Positions 51,410-64,000 of a stretch of 64,000 nt of DNA are shown piece by piece. Both the position numbers and the translations under genes were made by a program. This stretch comes from an uncultured bacterium (GTDB lineage Bacteria > Babelota > Babeliae > Babelales > Vermiphilaceae), in NCBI GenBank assembly GCA_963727255.1, contig CAVSFC010000002.1, forward strand, positions 672,001-736,000, read 5' to 3'. Within the stretch, counting starts at the first letter, position 1. The number at the start of each line of letters is the position of its first letter. The notes below the pieces were generated by a model that searched no databases, was not told the DNA's origin, and saw only the letters and a program-made list of their open reading frames with translations.

Positions 51410-52081
51410 CTAGCTGATTTTGCAAACCCCGTTTGTTTCATTCTTTGGTTCGAGCAATGTTTCTAGCTGCTGATACAACTCAAGGGGTAATACTTGTTTT
51501 GCATTGCCTAAAGATAGTTTCTTTTTTGTTATTGCGGTGGCAATGTAATTTAGTGCTTGTTTTCTTAATGATTCTGGTTGTAATGCTTTGCAGATTTTAA
51601 TTGTTGATTTTTCTAATGCATCGCCTTCTAGCACTATAGAAACAGATATATATTGATCATCAAGAGTGATTTCTTTATTTTCGGCGATTGCTTTTATGCT
51701 TGATTGAGAAATAAGATCGCCTATTTTGCTCTTGTAATAGAGCCGAGCATAAAGCAAATTTGTATGTTGATCACGCATGTATTGTTCGAATTCTATGTAA
51801 GGAACTAAATTTGGATCATCGTAATCTCTAATTTCTAGTAATGTTTGACATCCAACAATCCTAATAGCACCTGTTGTCGGTATAAAATAATTATGTTCCA
51901 TTTTTTGGGGAAGTTTATCAATGGGAATTATTTGTCCACCTATGAAGAATCCTAAATTTTTTCCTGTTTTGTTTACTAATTGATCTAAAAAAAGATTTTT
52001 ATTATAGTTTTTATCTTTCTCCATACAATAAGCATTGCTTACAAAAATGAGTAAAATAATACTGCTTAAATAACTTTTCAT
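51410..52081 (-). CDS. Exported hypothetical protein with C-terminal SOCS-box-like motif
   Basis: Signal peptide AYC|ME; PESLRKQALNYI..LPLELYQQL; ends CKIS. Confidence 0.6.
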   Translation of the reverse strand: MKSYLSSIILLIFVSNAYCMEKDKNYNKNLFLDQLVNKTGKNLGFFIGGQIIPIDKLPQKMEHNYFIPTTGAIRIVGCQTLLEIRDYDDPNLVPYIEFEQYMRDQHTNLLYARLYYKSKIGDLISQSSIKAIAENKEITLDDQYISVSIVLEGDALEKSTIKICKALQPESLRKQALNYIATAITKKKLSLGNAKQVLPLELYQQLETLLEPKNETNGVCKIS

Positions 52082-52269
52082 ATACGCCCGATATAGAATT
52101 AATTGGTTATACAATATAAATGAATATAAATTATACCAAACTAAATAAAAGGATTAAGTTTTATTTTTCTTAGCCGATTTTATTAATCATATTTCATGAA
52201 TTAATTGCTGAGCGTGAAAAAAAAGCGATTGCTGCTGTAAATCAATTCGACCATAAAAATTGATGCGCA

Positions 52270-53232
52270 TTATTTTATTTTTATTTGAGCCAATTTATGG
52301 TGCTTAACAACTTGCCACTTGCCATAAAAAACATGTTCACCAGTGCTCGGTTTTTGAAGAAATCTGTTCATTTCATCAAATAGCCCTTGAGAAGGTACAA
52401 AGGGTACTTTTGCTTGACGCAGCCAAAAAATAATAACGCGAGTGCGCAGAATGGGATGCAATGCAAGCAATTTTGCAATGTCAATTTCATTATTTGCGCT
52501 GATTTCTTCAAATGTTTTTTTTGCAAGTAGTTGCAAAAATTCTTCAGCCTGCTGCAATTGTTCATTGGTAGATGCAAAGCTCGCATCAAACCGTTCGTCG
52601 CTGAGTTTTAAGGCGGGGATAACTGAGTTGCGAATTCTGTTGCGGAGATACTCATCTGATTGATTGCTCGCATCAATCGCATAGAGAATTTGGTGAGCGT
52701 GCAGATACTCAAGAACTTCGGCTTTTTTAATCCCCAATAATGGACGAATATACAATCCATCCTTGGGTTTCATTCCCGCAAGGCCAGCCAGCGATGCTCC
52801 GCGAATGAGGCGGATAAAAAAGGTCTCCATTTGATCATCAGCATGATGGGCAACGGCGATGGCATGAGCATTGTGCTCCTTTGCAACTGTTTCAAAAAAT
52901 TGCCGACGCGCTTTGCGGCCAATTTCCTCTTTTGACCCATTAAATTTGAGGTTAAGGGTAAGTTCGCTCATTTTTTTGGAAATCAGCCGAATTCCCAATT
53001 TTTGACACAACTCTTTGCACAATTGCTCATCATTTTCAGCTTCAATGCGCCATTCATGGTTCAAATGGGCGGCAATGAGGGTGAGCCGCTTCTCTTCTTG
53101 CACATGAGCCAGAAAATGGAGCAAAAAGACAGAATCCGGGCCGCCGGAAAGGCCGATTACCAGGGCGGCATTTTCAGGGATGAGGCTCTGAGCAGTGCAG
53201 AAGCGGGAAACTCTTGAAAAAATGGCATTCAT
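52270..53232 (-). CDS. tilS: tRNA(Ile)-lysidine synthase
   Basis: LSGGPDS, AHLNH, AHH.DDQ.ET, IRPLL, D.SN...Y.RN.IR. Confidence 0.95.
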   Translation of the reverse strand: MNAIFSRVSRFCTAQSLIPENAALVIGLSGGPDSVFLLHFLAHVQEEKRLTLIAAHLNHEWRIEAENDEQLCKELCQKLGIRLISKKMSELTLNLKFNGSKEEIGRKARRQFFETVAKEHNAHAIAVAHHADDQMETFFIRLIRGASLAGLAGMKPKDGLYIRPLLGIKKAEVLEYLHAHQILYAIDASNQSDEYLRNRIRNSVIPALKLSDERFDASFASTNEQLQQAEEFLQLLAKKTFEEISANNEIDIAKLLALHPILRTRVIIFWLRQAKVPFVPSQGLFDEMNRFLQKPSTGEHVFYGKWQVVKHHKLAQIKIK

Positions 53233-53323
53233 AAATTTTTACAGGTTGACAATTATTTTAATTTATATATTATTATAAGTGTACCTTGTTTTTTTCGAAA
53301 AATACATGGTGGAGGACCTTACT

Positions 53324-54235
53324 ATGATATATATGTTATTTTTTCTTATCACGATGCTTTTTGTTTGTCCGATACAGACTATGGAAATAGATCCTGCTAT
53401 AGATCCTACTAAGGACATAACCTGCATTGTTAGAGATAAATTTGAAAAAGACGTTGGTAAATATAGTGATATTGTATATCAACGATATCCAATAAACCAA
53501 AAATATGTGCACGCATCTCAAGAATTACTGAAAAGAATCAAAGTTGATCCTAAGACAGGAGAATCATTTGTTAAGTTTAAAAAATTTAACACTTCTATGT
53601 TTGCATTTATGATGCCGTGCTTAAAGCTCAATCATCATTTGAGTGAGCCTGGCCTTAATAGAAGAGCTAAAGAGGAAGCAATTCAAAACTTTAATTATTG
53701 GCTTGAGACTTGTGCTGAAGAAAACTTAGTCGATGTCTTTGATGTAACTAATACATTGGATTTGAGTGTGCCACGCATGCTGGCTTTAAGAGTACTTTAT
53801 AAAAAGCTTATGAAAAGTGTTGAAAATGACAAAGGTATTGATTTTCCTTGCAATCGATTTGAAGAAAAGGTAGTAGAATTAAAACGTCGACCACTTTCTA
53901 TGGTTGACCAAGAGTTGCTTCAAATGCACAAAAATATAACAATAGAACAACAGTATAAAGAAAAAAAAGAACAACCATCATGGTTTGCCTGCATTAAAAA
54001 TTTCTTTTATGGCGAAGCTCCCAAAACTACGATTAAAATTGAAAAAGAGCTTCCGAAAAGTACTGCTTTGGTGAAAGTATCTCAACCAACATGGTTGCAG
54101 TTTGCACAGAAAACTTCTCATAAAGCAGCTTTTAAAAACATCAATTTCAATGGTACGCCTTCAGAATCAGAATCACAAAAACTATCATGGCTTGCCTGGG
54201 CAAAAGAAACAATTGCACGCATTCTCTGGCGATAA
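53324..54235 (+). CDS. Exported hypothetical protein with weak BTB/Skp1-like segment
   Basis: GGAGG RBS; signal peptide IQT|ME; ENLVDVFDVTNTLDL; repeated PSW/PTW/LSW amphipathic motifs near the C-terminus. Confidence 0.6.
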   Translation: MIYMLFFLITMLFVCPIQTMEIDPAIDPTKDITCIVRDKFEKDVGKYSDIVYQRYPINQKYVHASQELLKRIKVDPKTGESFVKFKKFNTSMFAFMMPCLKLNHHLSEPGLNRRAKEEAIQNFNYWLETCAEENLVDVFDVTNTLDLSVPRMLALRVLYKKLMKSVENDKGIDFPCNRFEEKVVELKRRPLSMVDQELLQMHKNITIEQQYKEKKEQPSWFACIKNFFYGEAPKTTIKIEKELPKSTALVKVSQPTWLQFAQKTSHKAAFKNINFNGTPSESESQKLSWLAWAKETIARILWR

Positions 54236-54257
54236 AAACCAAAGCTCAAATAAAACT

Positions 54258-54296
54258 AAAAGAGCGGCATGATCATCATCATGCCGCTCTTTTTTT
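54258..54296. terminator. Bidirectional terminator
   Basis: aaaagagcggcatgat-catc-atcatgccgctctttt between convergent genes. Confidence 0.9.
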
Positions 54297-54307
54297 ACTG
54301 AACTAAA

Positions 54308-56767
<2,460 letters not shown>

Positions 56768-56893
56768 TTACCATAAGGCGAGCGCGCACCTGATGTAAAT
56801 AAGTTCTTAAAAATGCTATACTAAAGACATTGTTGTTAATTTTTCTATATATTTTATTATAACAAAATAAATTTTTTTTCTACTTGACTATGC

Positions 56894-57365
<472 letters not shown>

Positions 57366-57370
<5 letters not shown>

Positions 57371-57805
57371 TGAAGCAAAAAAGACTCAAAAAGAATTAGG
57401 ACGTATCAAACAAGAACTTCAAGCACGAAAAATAGAACTTGAGCAAGATTTGGTTCAATCATTACTACAGAGAAATTCTCTGATGATCAGGTGCAAGATC
57501 CGGGCGATCAGGCGCTAACTTCTACGATGGAAAGCTTACGTAGCTCATTGCAAGATACTCGCATTGATGAGTTTAATCGTATTGTAAAAGCACTTAAAAT
57601 GATTGATGAGGGGACTTATGGCATCTGTGTGGATTGCGAGCTGCCAATTTCTGAAAAACGACTGAAACTTTATCCCGATGCTACCCGATGCTTGGCTTGC
57701 CAAGAAGCATTTGAAGAAGGTAAAACAGTACGAAGAATAAGTTTTTATTTCGATTTTTTAAAATCTGCTATATTTCCTTACCTTGAACTATGTAATTATT
57801 TCTGA
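57366..57805 (+). CDS. DksA/TraR C4-type zinc finger protein (apparent frameshifts; ends uncertain)
   Basis: D.GD, AL.MI.EGTYGICVDC..PI..KRL..P.A.RCLACQE. Confidence 0.85.
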
Positions 57806-57837
57806 AAAATCTACTTTGAAAATAATGAATAAATTGC

Positions 57838-57912
<75 letters not shown>

Positions 57913-58070
57913 GTCTTCGCTCCTTCGGAGCTTCGCCTGACGCAGTCCATTTTTTTAAAGGATTGAACTTGAGATGTTAGCACAATGCGAAGACTGTCCG
58001 GCGAAGCAGCCACTTCTTTAGCGCTTGATATTAACGAAGTGAAAGCGAAGAGGCACTAGGCTGCAGTTAC
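57913..58070 (+). repeat. tRNA-trailing palindromic repeat (after tRNA-Thr)
   Basis: Same 27-nt start and same gaagactg.ccggcgaagcag..ttgatattaacgaagtgaaagcgaag block as 22033-22283. Confidence 0.85.
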
Positions 58071-58082
58071 CTCGCAAGTAAA

Positions 58083-58112
58083 TTGACATTTTAGCTGATC
58101 CTGCGCTATTCT
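58083..58112 (+). promoter_or_regulatory. Putative sigma70 promoter of rpsI-glmS
   Basis: TTGACA N18 TATTCT. Confidence 0.45.
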
Positions 58113-58163
58113 AGAAAATAATGTATATTTCAGCAAAAAGTAAGGTTATTAGGTTCATTCATT

Positions 58164-58623
58164 ATGATCAAAGCAAAAACTACTGCTCCTACGCGAAAGC
58201 TGCCAAAGCTCCAAAAGCTAAAGTCCGATCAGTTGCTCCTTTGGCACATGGCGTAGGCCGTCGTAAATCATCTGTCGCACGTGTTTGGCTCCGTGCAGGC
58301 AAAGGTGCAATTGTTGTTAATGGCAAAGATTTTAAAGAGTATTTCGATACTGAAGTTACTCGGCTGCAAAGCATCTACTCCATTCCGCGTTCTTCCAGTT
58401 GAATCTCAATTTGATATTGAAGCAAATGTTGATCGGTGGCGGTATTTGTTCTCAAGCAGATGCAGTTAAATTAGGAATTGCACGAGCTATGGTAACGGTA
58501 GATGAAGGATTACGTCCGGCATTGCGTCAGCATGATCTTTTAACCGTTGATTCTCGCGTTAAAGAACGTAAGAAATATGGTCAAAAAGCAGCACGACGTA
58601 AGTTCCAATTCGTAAAACGTTAA
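58164..58623 (+). CDS. rpsI: 30S ribosomal protein S9 (apparent frameshifts; start approximate)
   Basis: [42 protein letters not shown]. Confidence 0.93.
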
Positions 58624-58730
58624 TTTATTATGGTTCCATTCATCATCTTTGGATCCTCTCAATTCTCACTCAGTGAGTCAGAAGTCATCTGAGCGTCAGA
58701 TACTCGAAAGGTCAGAAAGGATTAAAATCT

Positions 58731-60582
58731 ATGTGTGGCATAGTTGGCTACATAGGTAAAAATTATAGTCGAGCCTTTGTAATGGAAGGATTAAGTAGGC
58801 TTGAATATCGCGGCTATGATTCAGCGGGATTTGCATGCCTTAATCCCAACGATAATAGGTTTCTATATGCAAAATCTCCCGGAAGGCTTCCCAATCTTAC
58901 TGCGACAATTTGATCAGCATCCAATCGATGGCATTTAGGAATTGGCCACACTCGATGGTCTACTCATGGAATCTCTTCCCAAGAAAATGCTCATCCGCAA
59001 TTTGATTGCCAAAAAACTATTTCAATTGTTCACAATGGTATCATTGAAAATCATCATGATCTGCGCTATGCAATTACAAGAAGCAGGTCATATTTTTCAT
59101 TCGCAAACTGATACAGAAGTTGTTGCTCATCTTATTAGAATCTTTACTTGCTGCTCATCAAACGTTTAAAGGTGCACTGATCGATTTGGTGCAGCCAAAT
59201 CGAAGGTGCATATGCATTTGTGGTTGTATTGCAAGATTTTCCTGATCAAATGGTTTTAGTGCGCAAACGATCACCATTGTGCATCGGTATTGGTGATAAT
59301 GAAATGTTTATTGCATCAGATCCGATGGCATTTGCCGGAAAAACAAAAAAAGTAATTTTTATGCCGGATGAAAGTCATTTGCAATTGTAAAAAAAGATAT
59401 GATTGAGCTGTATGATTTTACCGGCAAAGCATTGCCATTGCCTGTGCAAGAATTGCAGCTTGATTGGGATGATCAAGAAAAAAAGGGGCATGAGCATCAT
59501 ATGCTCAAAGAAATTTATGATCAAAAAAATGCAATCTATGGCACTGTCGCATTTTTGCGATCGATCAGTAATCGTATTTGGGATCATATTGGTCTTTCCA
59601 AAGAACAAGCAAAAATCTTGATAAAATTACATTTGATTGGATGTGGCACATCCTGGCATGCAGCGCGCATCGCGCAATTTTTCTTTGAGCAAATTTGCTT
59701 ATTGCCAACACGAGTCAATTTGGCTTCAGAATTTAGATATATGTCATTTTTTCCTGAAAAAAATAGCGCATATATTTTTATTTCTCAATCGGGCGAAACG
59801 GCTGATACGCTAGAAGCATTCGCTTGGTAAATAGTATGGATTTGCCCACTATCGCCTTACCAATGTTCCTTCAAGCACCTTGGTGCGCGAAGCAGATGGA
59901 TTTTTGCTCACTCAGGCAGGCCAAGAGATTGCCGTTGCTTCAACCAAAGCATTTTCAACGCAAATTGCTGCGCTTTATTGGCTTGCGCATCGAATTGCGC
60001 TTGAAAAAGGAATTATTACCGCGCAACAGATGAAACTCGCTGAAGAAGATCTTTTGGTGGTAGCTGAAGTGCTTGAAAATAGCATAGAGAATTATAAACG
60101 TGAAATCATGCAACAATTGGCAAAATTTTATGCGCAGTTTAAAAAAGCAATTTTTTTGGGGCGCCATATTAGTTATCCATTTGCGCTTAGAAGCGGCGCT
60201 CAAGCTAAAAGAAATTTCATATATCTTTGCGCAATGTTATCCGGCAGGTGAATTAAAACATGGCCCGCTTGCACTTAGTTGATGCGCAAACACCGGTATT
60301 TATTTTCTCCCATCAAGATCCACTTATCTATCAAAAATTACTTTCAAATGCGCAAGAAGTAAAAGCGCGTAATGGCCATTTGGTTGCCTTTGTTTTTGAA
60401 GGGCAACATGAAATGCAAGCGCTTGCCGATCAAGTCATTTGTTTTGCCGCGGGTAAAACCACTTCTTGGCCCATCTGGCCATGACTGGCCTGATGCAATT
60501 CTTTGTCTATCAAATTGCTAAAGAGCTTGGCTGCCCCATTGATAAGCCGCGCAATTTAGCAAAATCAGTTACGGTTGAGTGA
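58731..60582 (+). CDS. glmS: Glutamine--fructose-6-phosphate transaminase (apparent frameshifts)
   Basis: [60 protein letters not shown]. Confidence 0.95.
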
Positions 60583-61153
60583 TCAGACTTTTTTCGCAGT
60601 TTTCTTTTTCTATGCTTTCTTTTAGTATTTTTAAATAGTTGTTTAGATGATCTCGCAGATCTTGGTGATCAGCGGTTTCTAGTTTTTCCATGGGTGGGTT
60701 GTTTTCGATATGTATTCTGCCGTAAAGAATGTAAGAAAGTTCTCGCAGATTAAATGGTACTTGAGCTTCAGCATGAATGAGATCAGCATCGGTTCGTCGT
60801 GAATGGCATCTGGTACCAAGGCGATAGGCGACGGCCTTTGCATAACGATCGATAACTTTTGCTGTTTCATCAGTTGGTTTCGATTGGTAAAATGTAAGAG
60901 CCGTTGCGCCAATTTTTTTTTGAATAATGGTGTGTCCGCATTCCTTAAAGAGTTTGGGTAGATATGGAATTTCATTAGTAAAGTGCGAATCATGGTCATA
61001 AGCGGGGAATACGCCTCCAAAGTGGAGCATGTGTTCAGCCAGGCTGTAGCTTTTGCCATTTTCGGGAAAAAAAGATTCCTCTTGAGCTTGTTCTTCCATG
61101 GCAAGACTCGTAAGGTTGCTTAACATTAAAAAATAAAATAGCACTTTTTTCAT
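60569..61153 (-). CDS. Exported hypothetical protein
   Basis: Signal peptide SLA|ME; 194 aa. Confidence 0.65.
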   Translation of the reverse strand: MKKVLFYFLMLSNLTSLAMEEQAQEESFFPENGKSYSLAEHMLHFGGVFPAYDHDSHFTNEIPYLPKLFKECGHTIIQKKIGATALTFYQSKPTDETAKVIDRYAKAVAYRLGTRCHSRRTDADLIHAEAQVPFNLRELSYILYGRIHIENNPPMEKLETADHQDLRDHLNNYLKILKESIEKENCEKSLITQP

Positions 61154-61307
61154 GAGGCATCCTTTTTTTGATTGGCACTTACTTTATCTCCACTTAATCA
61201 TAAATGGTATGAAGGATGCAATGAGCAAAGAATCTTTACGATTTGAAAATTAAGGTTAGAATTATCTATTAAATCAACAATTCAAAAATAAGCACTTCTG
61301 GATACTA

Positions 61308-63695
61308 ATGAATTTTAAACATTTATTGCTGTGCATGCCATTATTTTTTTGCTTTGGCCTTGAGGCGATGCTCGCAGATCGATATCAGCCGGATTCATTA
61401 AAGTATTTAGTGGCACAAAAAATTGCAGTAAAACACTGCAAAACTCTACCATCTGATTTACGGAATTATGTAGTTGCAATTAACAATTATGCGCACCAAA
61501 CTCCAGAACAGGCATTATGCGCAATTGCAGCAGAATCAAGTGCAGATTCGCACGTGCTTGATACCTTTTACGATCGTTGGAAAAATACTCAACTAACATC
61601 AGAAAAGAAAAGTAAAAAGAAATATCCTGAGCTAGATTTGTGTGATAAGATGCTTGATGCAGCAAAAAATCGCAAAAACATGAATGTGATTGAATGGTTG
61701 CATCAAAAGTATCCCGCGCAGGTTGATTATCGGAAGATCTTGCAGCACTTTATAGAAAAGGATGATCCTACTTTAGCTCTTGGTTTGATAGAAAAAATTA
61801 TCAATACATCATCGGTCAATTCGGATCAAGGCAGATGCTTTTCGCGCGGTGGCCAGTTTGGTTATGCGCTTTCGCCAGCTGTTGAAAAAGGATATTTTGG
61901 CCTTGCAGAATTAATGGTATCCAAAGGAGATCGCTTGAATGAGAATGATCCTGTTTGTTTCAAGTGTCTCGAAACTTCCGCTAAATCTAATTCCGCAAAT
62001 AAAGAACTGCTATTAAAAAAAATCAAATTTGCTCTCGATAATGGTGTAGCGATAGATTACCCTGAAAAGGGTAGAGATTGGACTCTACTAATGAAAGTTT
62101 GTCATCTTGATAATTATGAATTAACCAAATTTCTCTTAGATCGTGGAGCTAATCGCTTAGCGCGGAATCAATTTGGTGAAACACCATTGAGACTTACTTT
62201 TGAACTTGGATCAATACAATTGCCCAATATCGATCGCTTTCGAATTATAGACCTTCTTTTACAAAAAAATGCAGCCGAGCAAATATCAAACTGCGATCAG
62301 AATGTTTTGAGCAATGATTTGCTCCATTTGGCAATACAAAACTTTGTGCCGTTTGATACAATTAAATTTTTTGTTGAGAATGGCGCTCCCATTAATGCGA
62401 TAGATAGAAGCACCAAAAATGTATTGCATTATAGCTATTACCTCGATAAAGCTAGCTTAGAATATTTATAAAAAAAAATAGATCCTAGTCTTATAAATGC
62501 GCGTGATCATTCAGGTGAAACGCCACTTATTTCTTGGTTGAATGAGGAGAATGCTCCTGATATTGCAAGCTTTAAGACATTATTAGACCATAGTGCCGAT
62601 GTTAATATTGCAGATTCAAAAGGTAATCGCCCACTACATCTTGCACTTAAAAACTGGTCACTTATATCATCAAGACTTGAATTCATTGAATCATTACTTG
62701 CGAATGGAGCAGATCCGAATGATCCTGATCCGAATCAATTAACGCCTCTGCGGCGTGCAATACAAGCAAATGATCTTGGTTCATTTAAACTGCTGTTAAA
62801 ATTTGGTGCAAATCGATTGCATCCAAACCGAGATAATCACCTACCGCTACCGCTCATTGAAACATTGAGTTATTGTTCAAAAAATAGCCAGCTCGTGCAA
62901 TTTGTTCGGGCGCTCTTGGAAAAAGATGCCGATAAGCAATTGGAGGGTAATAATTATAGGAATGCATTACGAGTTGCACTTGAATATAACCTGCCCGTTG
63001 ATGTAATAAAAGCCCTAGATGAAAAGGGTCCAGGTAACAATACGTTGTCAGCTGCTGATCAAGAAGATTTTTTATTTTCTTTGCCAATTTATAATAGTGG
63101 TGTGATTGAATATGTACTAAGCAAAATAATTAGTAAAAAAAATCTAAATAAGCGCAATTACGATATTATGATGACGCCCTTAGTTTGGTGGCTATTTCGT
63201 TGCGTAAATCGTCCACCGAATGATTATGATCCTATTAAAGATCAGTCGATTGCAAAATTATTTATAGATAAAGATATAAACGTTAATCTTTGTGATAGTA
63301 GAGGCACATCACCATTGCATCTTGCATGCATGCTGCACAATCAGGGGATAATACAATTATTGCTCGAAAAAGGTGCCTATATAGATTGTGTTAATTATGA
63401 AGGTAAAGCCCCTGCAGATTATCTTGAAAATTCTGAAGAAGAGATAGCTAAATTATTTAAACAGTTTAGTAAAAATCGTGTGCCCTGCCTACAGCGCTTT
63501 TTAAGATTTACCAAGATTGGAGATTTAGGGATTTTATTCCCCAATGTTTCTACATTAATGGCCAATGGTATGATGACTGGCCTTGCAATTTCGGGAGGAG
63601 TAACCGCGATATATTTTGCTCCTCAAACATGGTGGAATACCGTTAAACAAGCATTAATCAATGTTAAAAATTTATTGGCACATGAAGAGCAGTAA
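61308..63695 (+). pseudogene. Exported ankyrin-repeat protein with N-terminal SOCS-box-like motif, interrupted by one in-frame TAA at 62469-62471
   Basis: Both ORFs are in the same frame; the gap reads KKIDPSLINARDHSGETPL (ankyrin); many GxTPLH-type repeats; C-terminal hydrophobic segment. Confidence 0.8.
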
Positions 63696-63700
63696 TTTTT

Positions 63701-63964
63701 TTATTGTTTCTCATTCCTATTGATCTTTACTTCAACCAAATTAAGTTTTTTATTCGAAACAAAAATATCATTAATAAATTCAATTGCTTGTTGGCGAGTA
63801 TGCAGATCAAGGTTGCACTTTTTTTGTGCCGTTGAAAGAAGATTAATAAGCGTGATTGTTTCGCGGAATTGGTTATCGGCAATAAGGGTGGCCTTTGCCC
63901 GTTCAGTCCAATTTTTTATATTGTCTGCTCGAACTAGATGCTGAACTATTCTTTTTTTCTTCAT
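63701..63964 (-). CDS. Small hypothetical protein
   Basis: 87 aa ORF with ATG, convergent on the ankyrin gene. Confidence 0.45.
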   Translation of the reverse strand: MKKKRIVQHLVRADNIKNWTERAKATLIADNQFRETITLINLLSTAQKKCNLDLHTRQQAIEFINDIFVSNKKLNLVEVKINRNEKQ

Positions 63965-64000
63965 CTTTTCTATCGGTTAAAGTTATATGATTTGGCAAAG

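Noticed and set aside
58624..58730. glmS ribozyme upstream of glmS (agcgtcagatact resembles the AGCGCC..ACT start)
   Set aside because: Only about 40 nt remain before the ATG and the downstream GACGAGG core is absent
62469..62471. Stop-codon reassignment (alternative genetic code)
   Set aside because: TAA, TAG and TGA all end conserved genes at expected positions in this window

Overview
AT-rich bacterial chromosome segment. Many signal-peptide hypothetical proteins, ankyrin, RING, BTB-like and SOCS-box-like proteins and an HDAC suggest an intracellular parasite of eukaryotes, most plausibly Candidatus Dependentiae/Babelota (TM6); this taxonomy is inference. Core genes: gltX, metG, lepB, HU, sufCBDS plus a detached sufU, dnaJ, tilS, gyrB, tadA, dksA-like, rpsI, glmS, potABCD, a split GspE/PilB ATPase, nurA, mpg and tRNA-Cys/Leu/Thr. 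Accessory content: MNT-HEPN and HicAB toxin-antitoxin modules, umuDC and many putative secreted effectors. Two blocks (about 12.9-17.4 kb and 54.3-60.6 kb) are full of single-base indels even in essential genes and are most likely consensus errors. Main observations: (1) 16 exported proteins have Met immediately after the predicted signal-peptidase site, a possible export or host-adaptation code; (2) UmuD lacks both catalytic residues and the cleavage site, resembling a pre-activated UmuD'; (3) nested palindromic repeats start exactly at tRNA CCA ends, insert into one another and sit in-frame in a TonB-like gene; (4) hicAB is bracketed by a 90-bp duplication of the gltX 3' end; (5) several putative ubiquitin-hijacking effectors; (6) a rhodanese ORF stops inside tRNA-Cys. 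No CRISPR array, integrase or transposase was seen.
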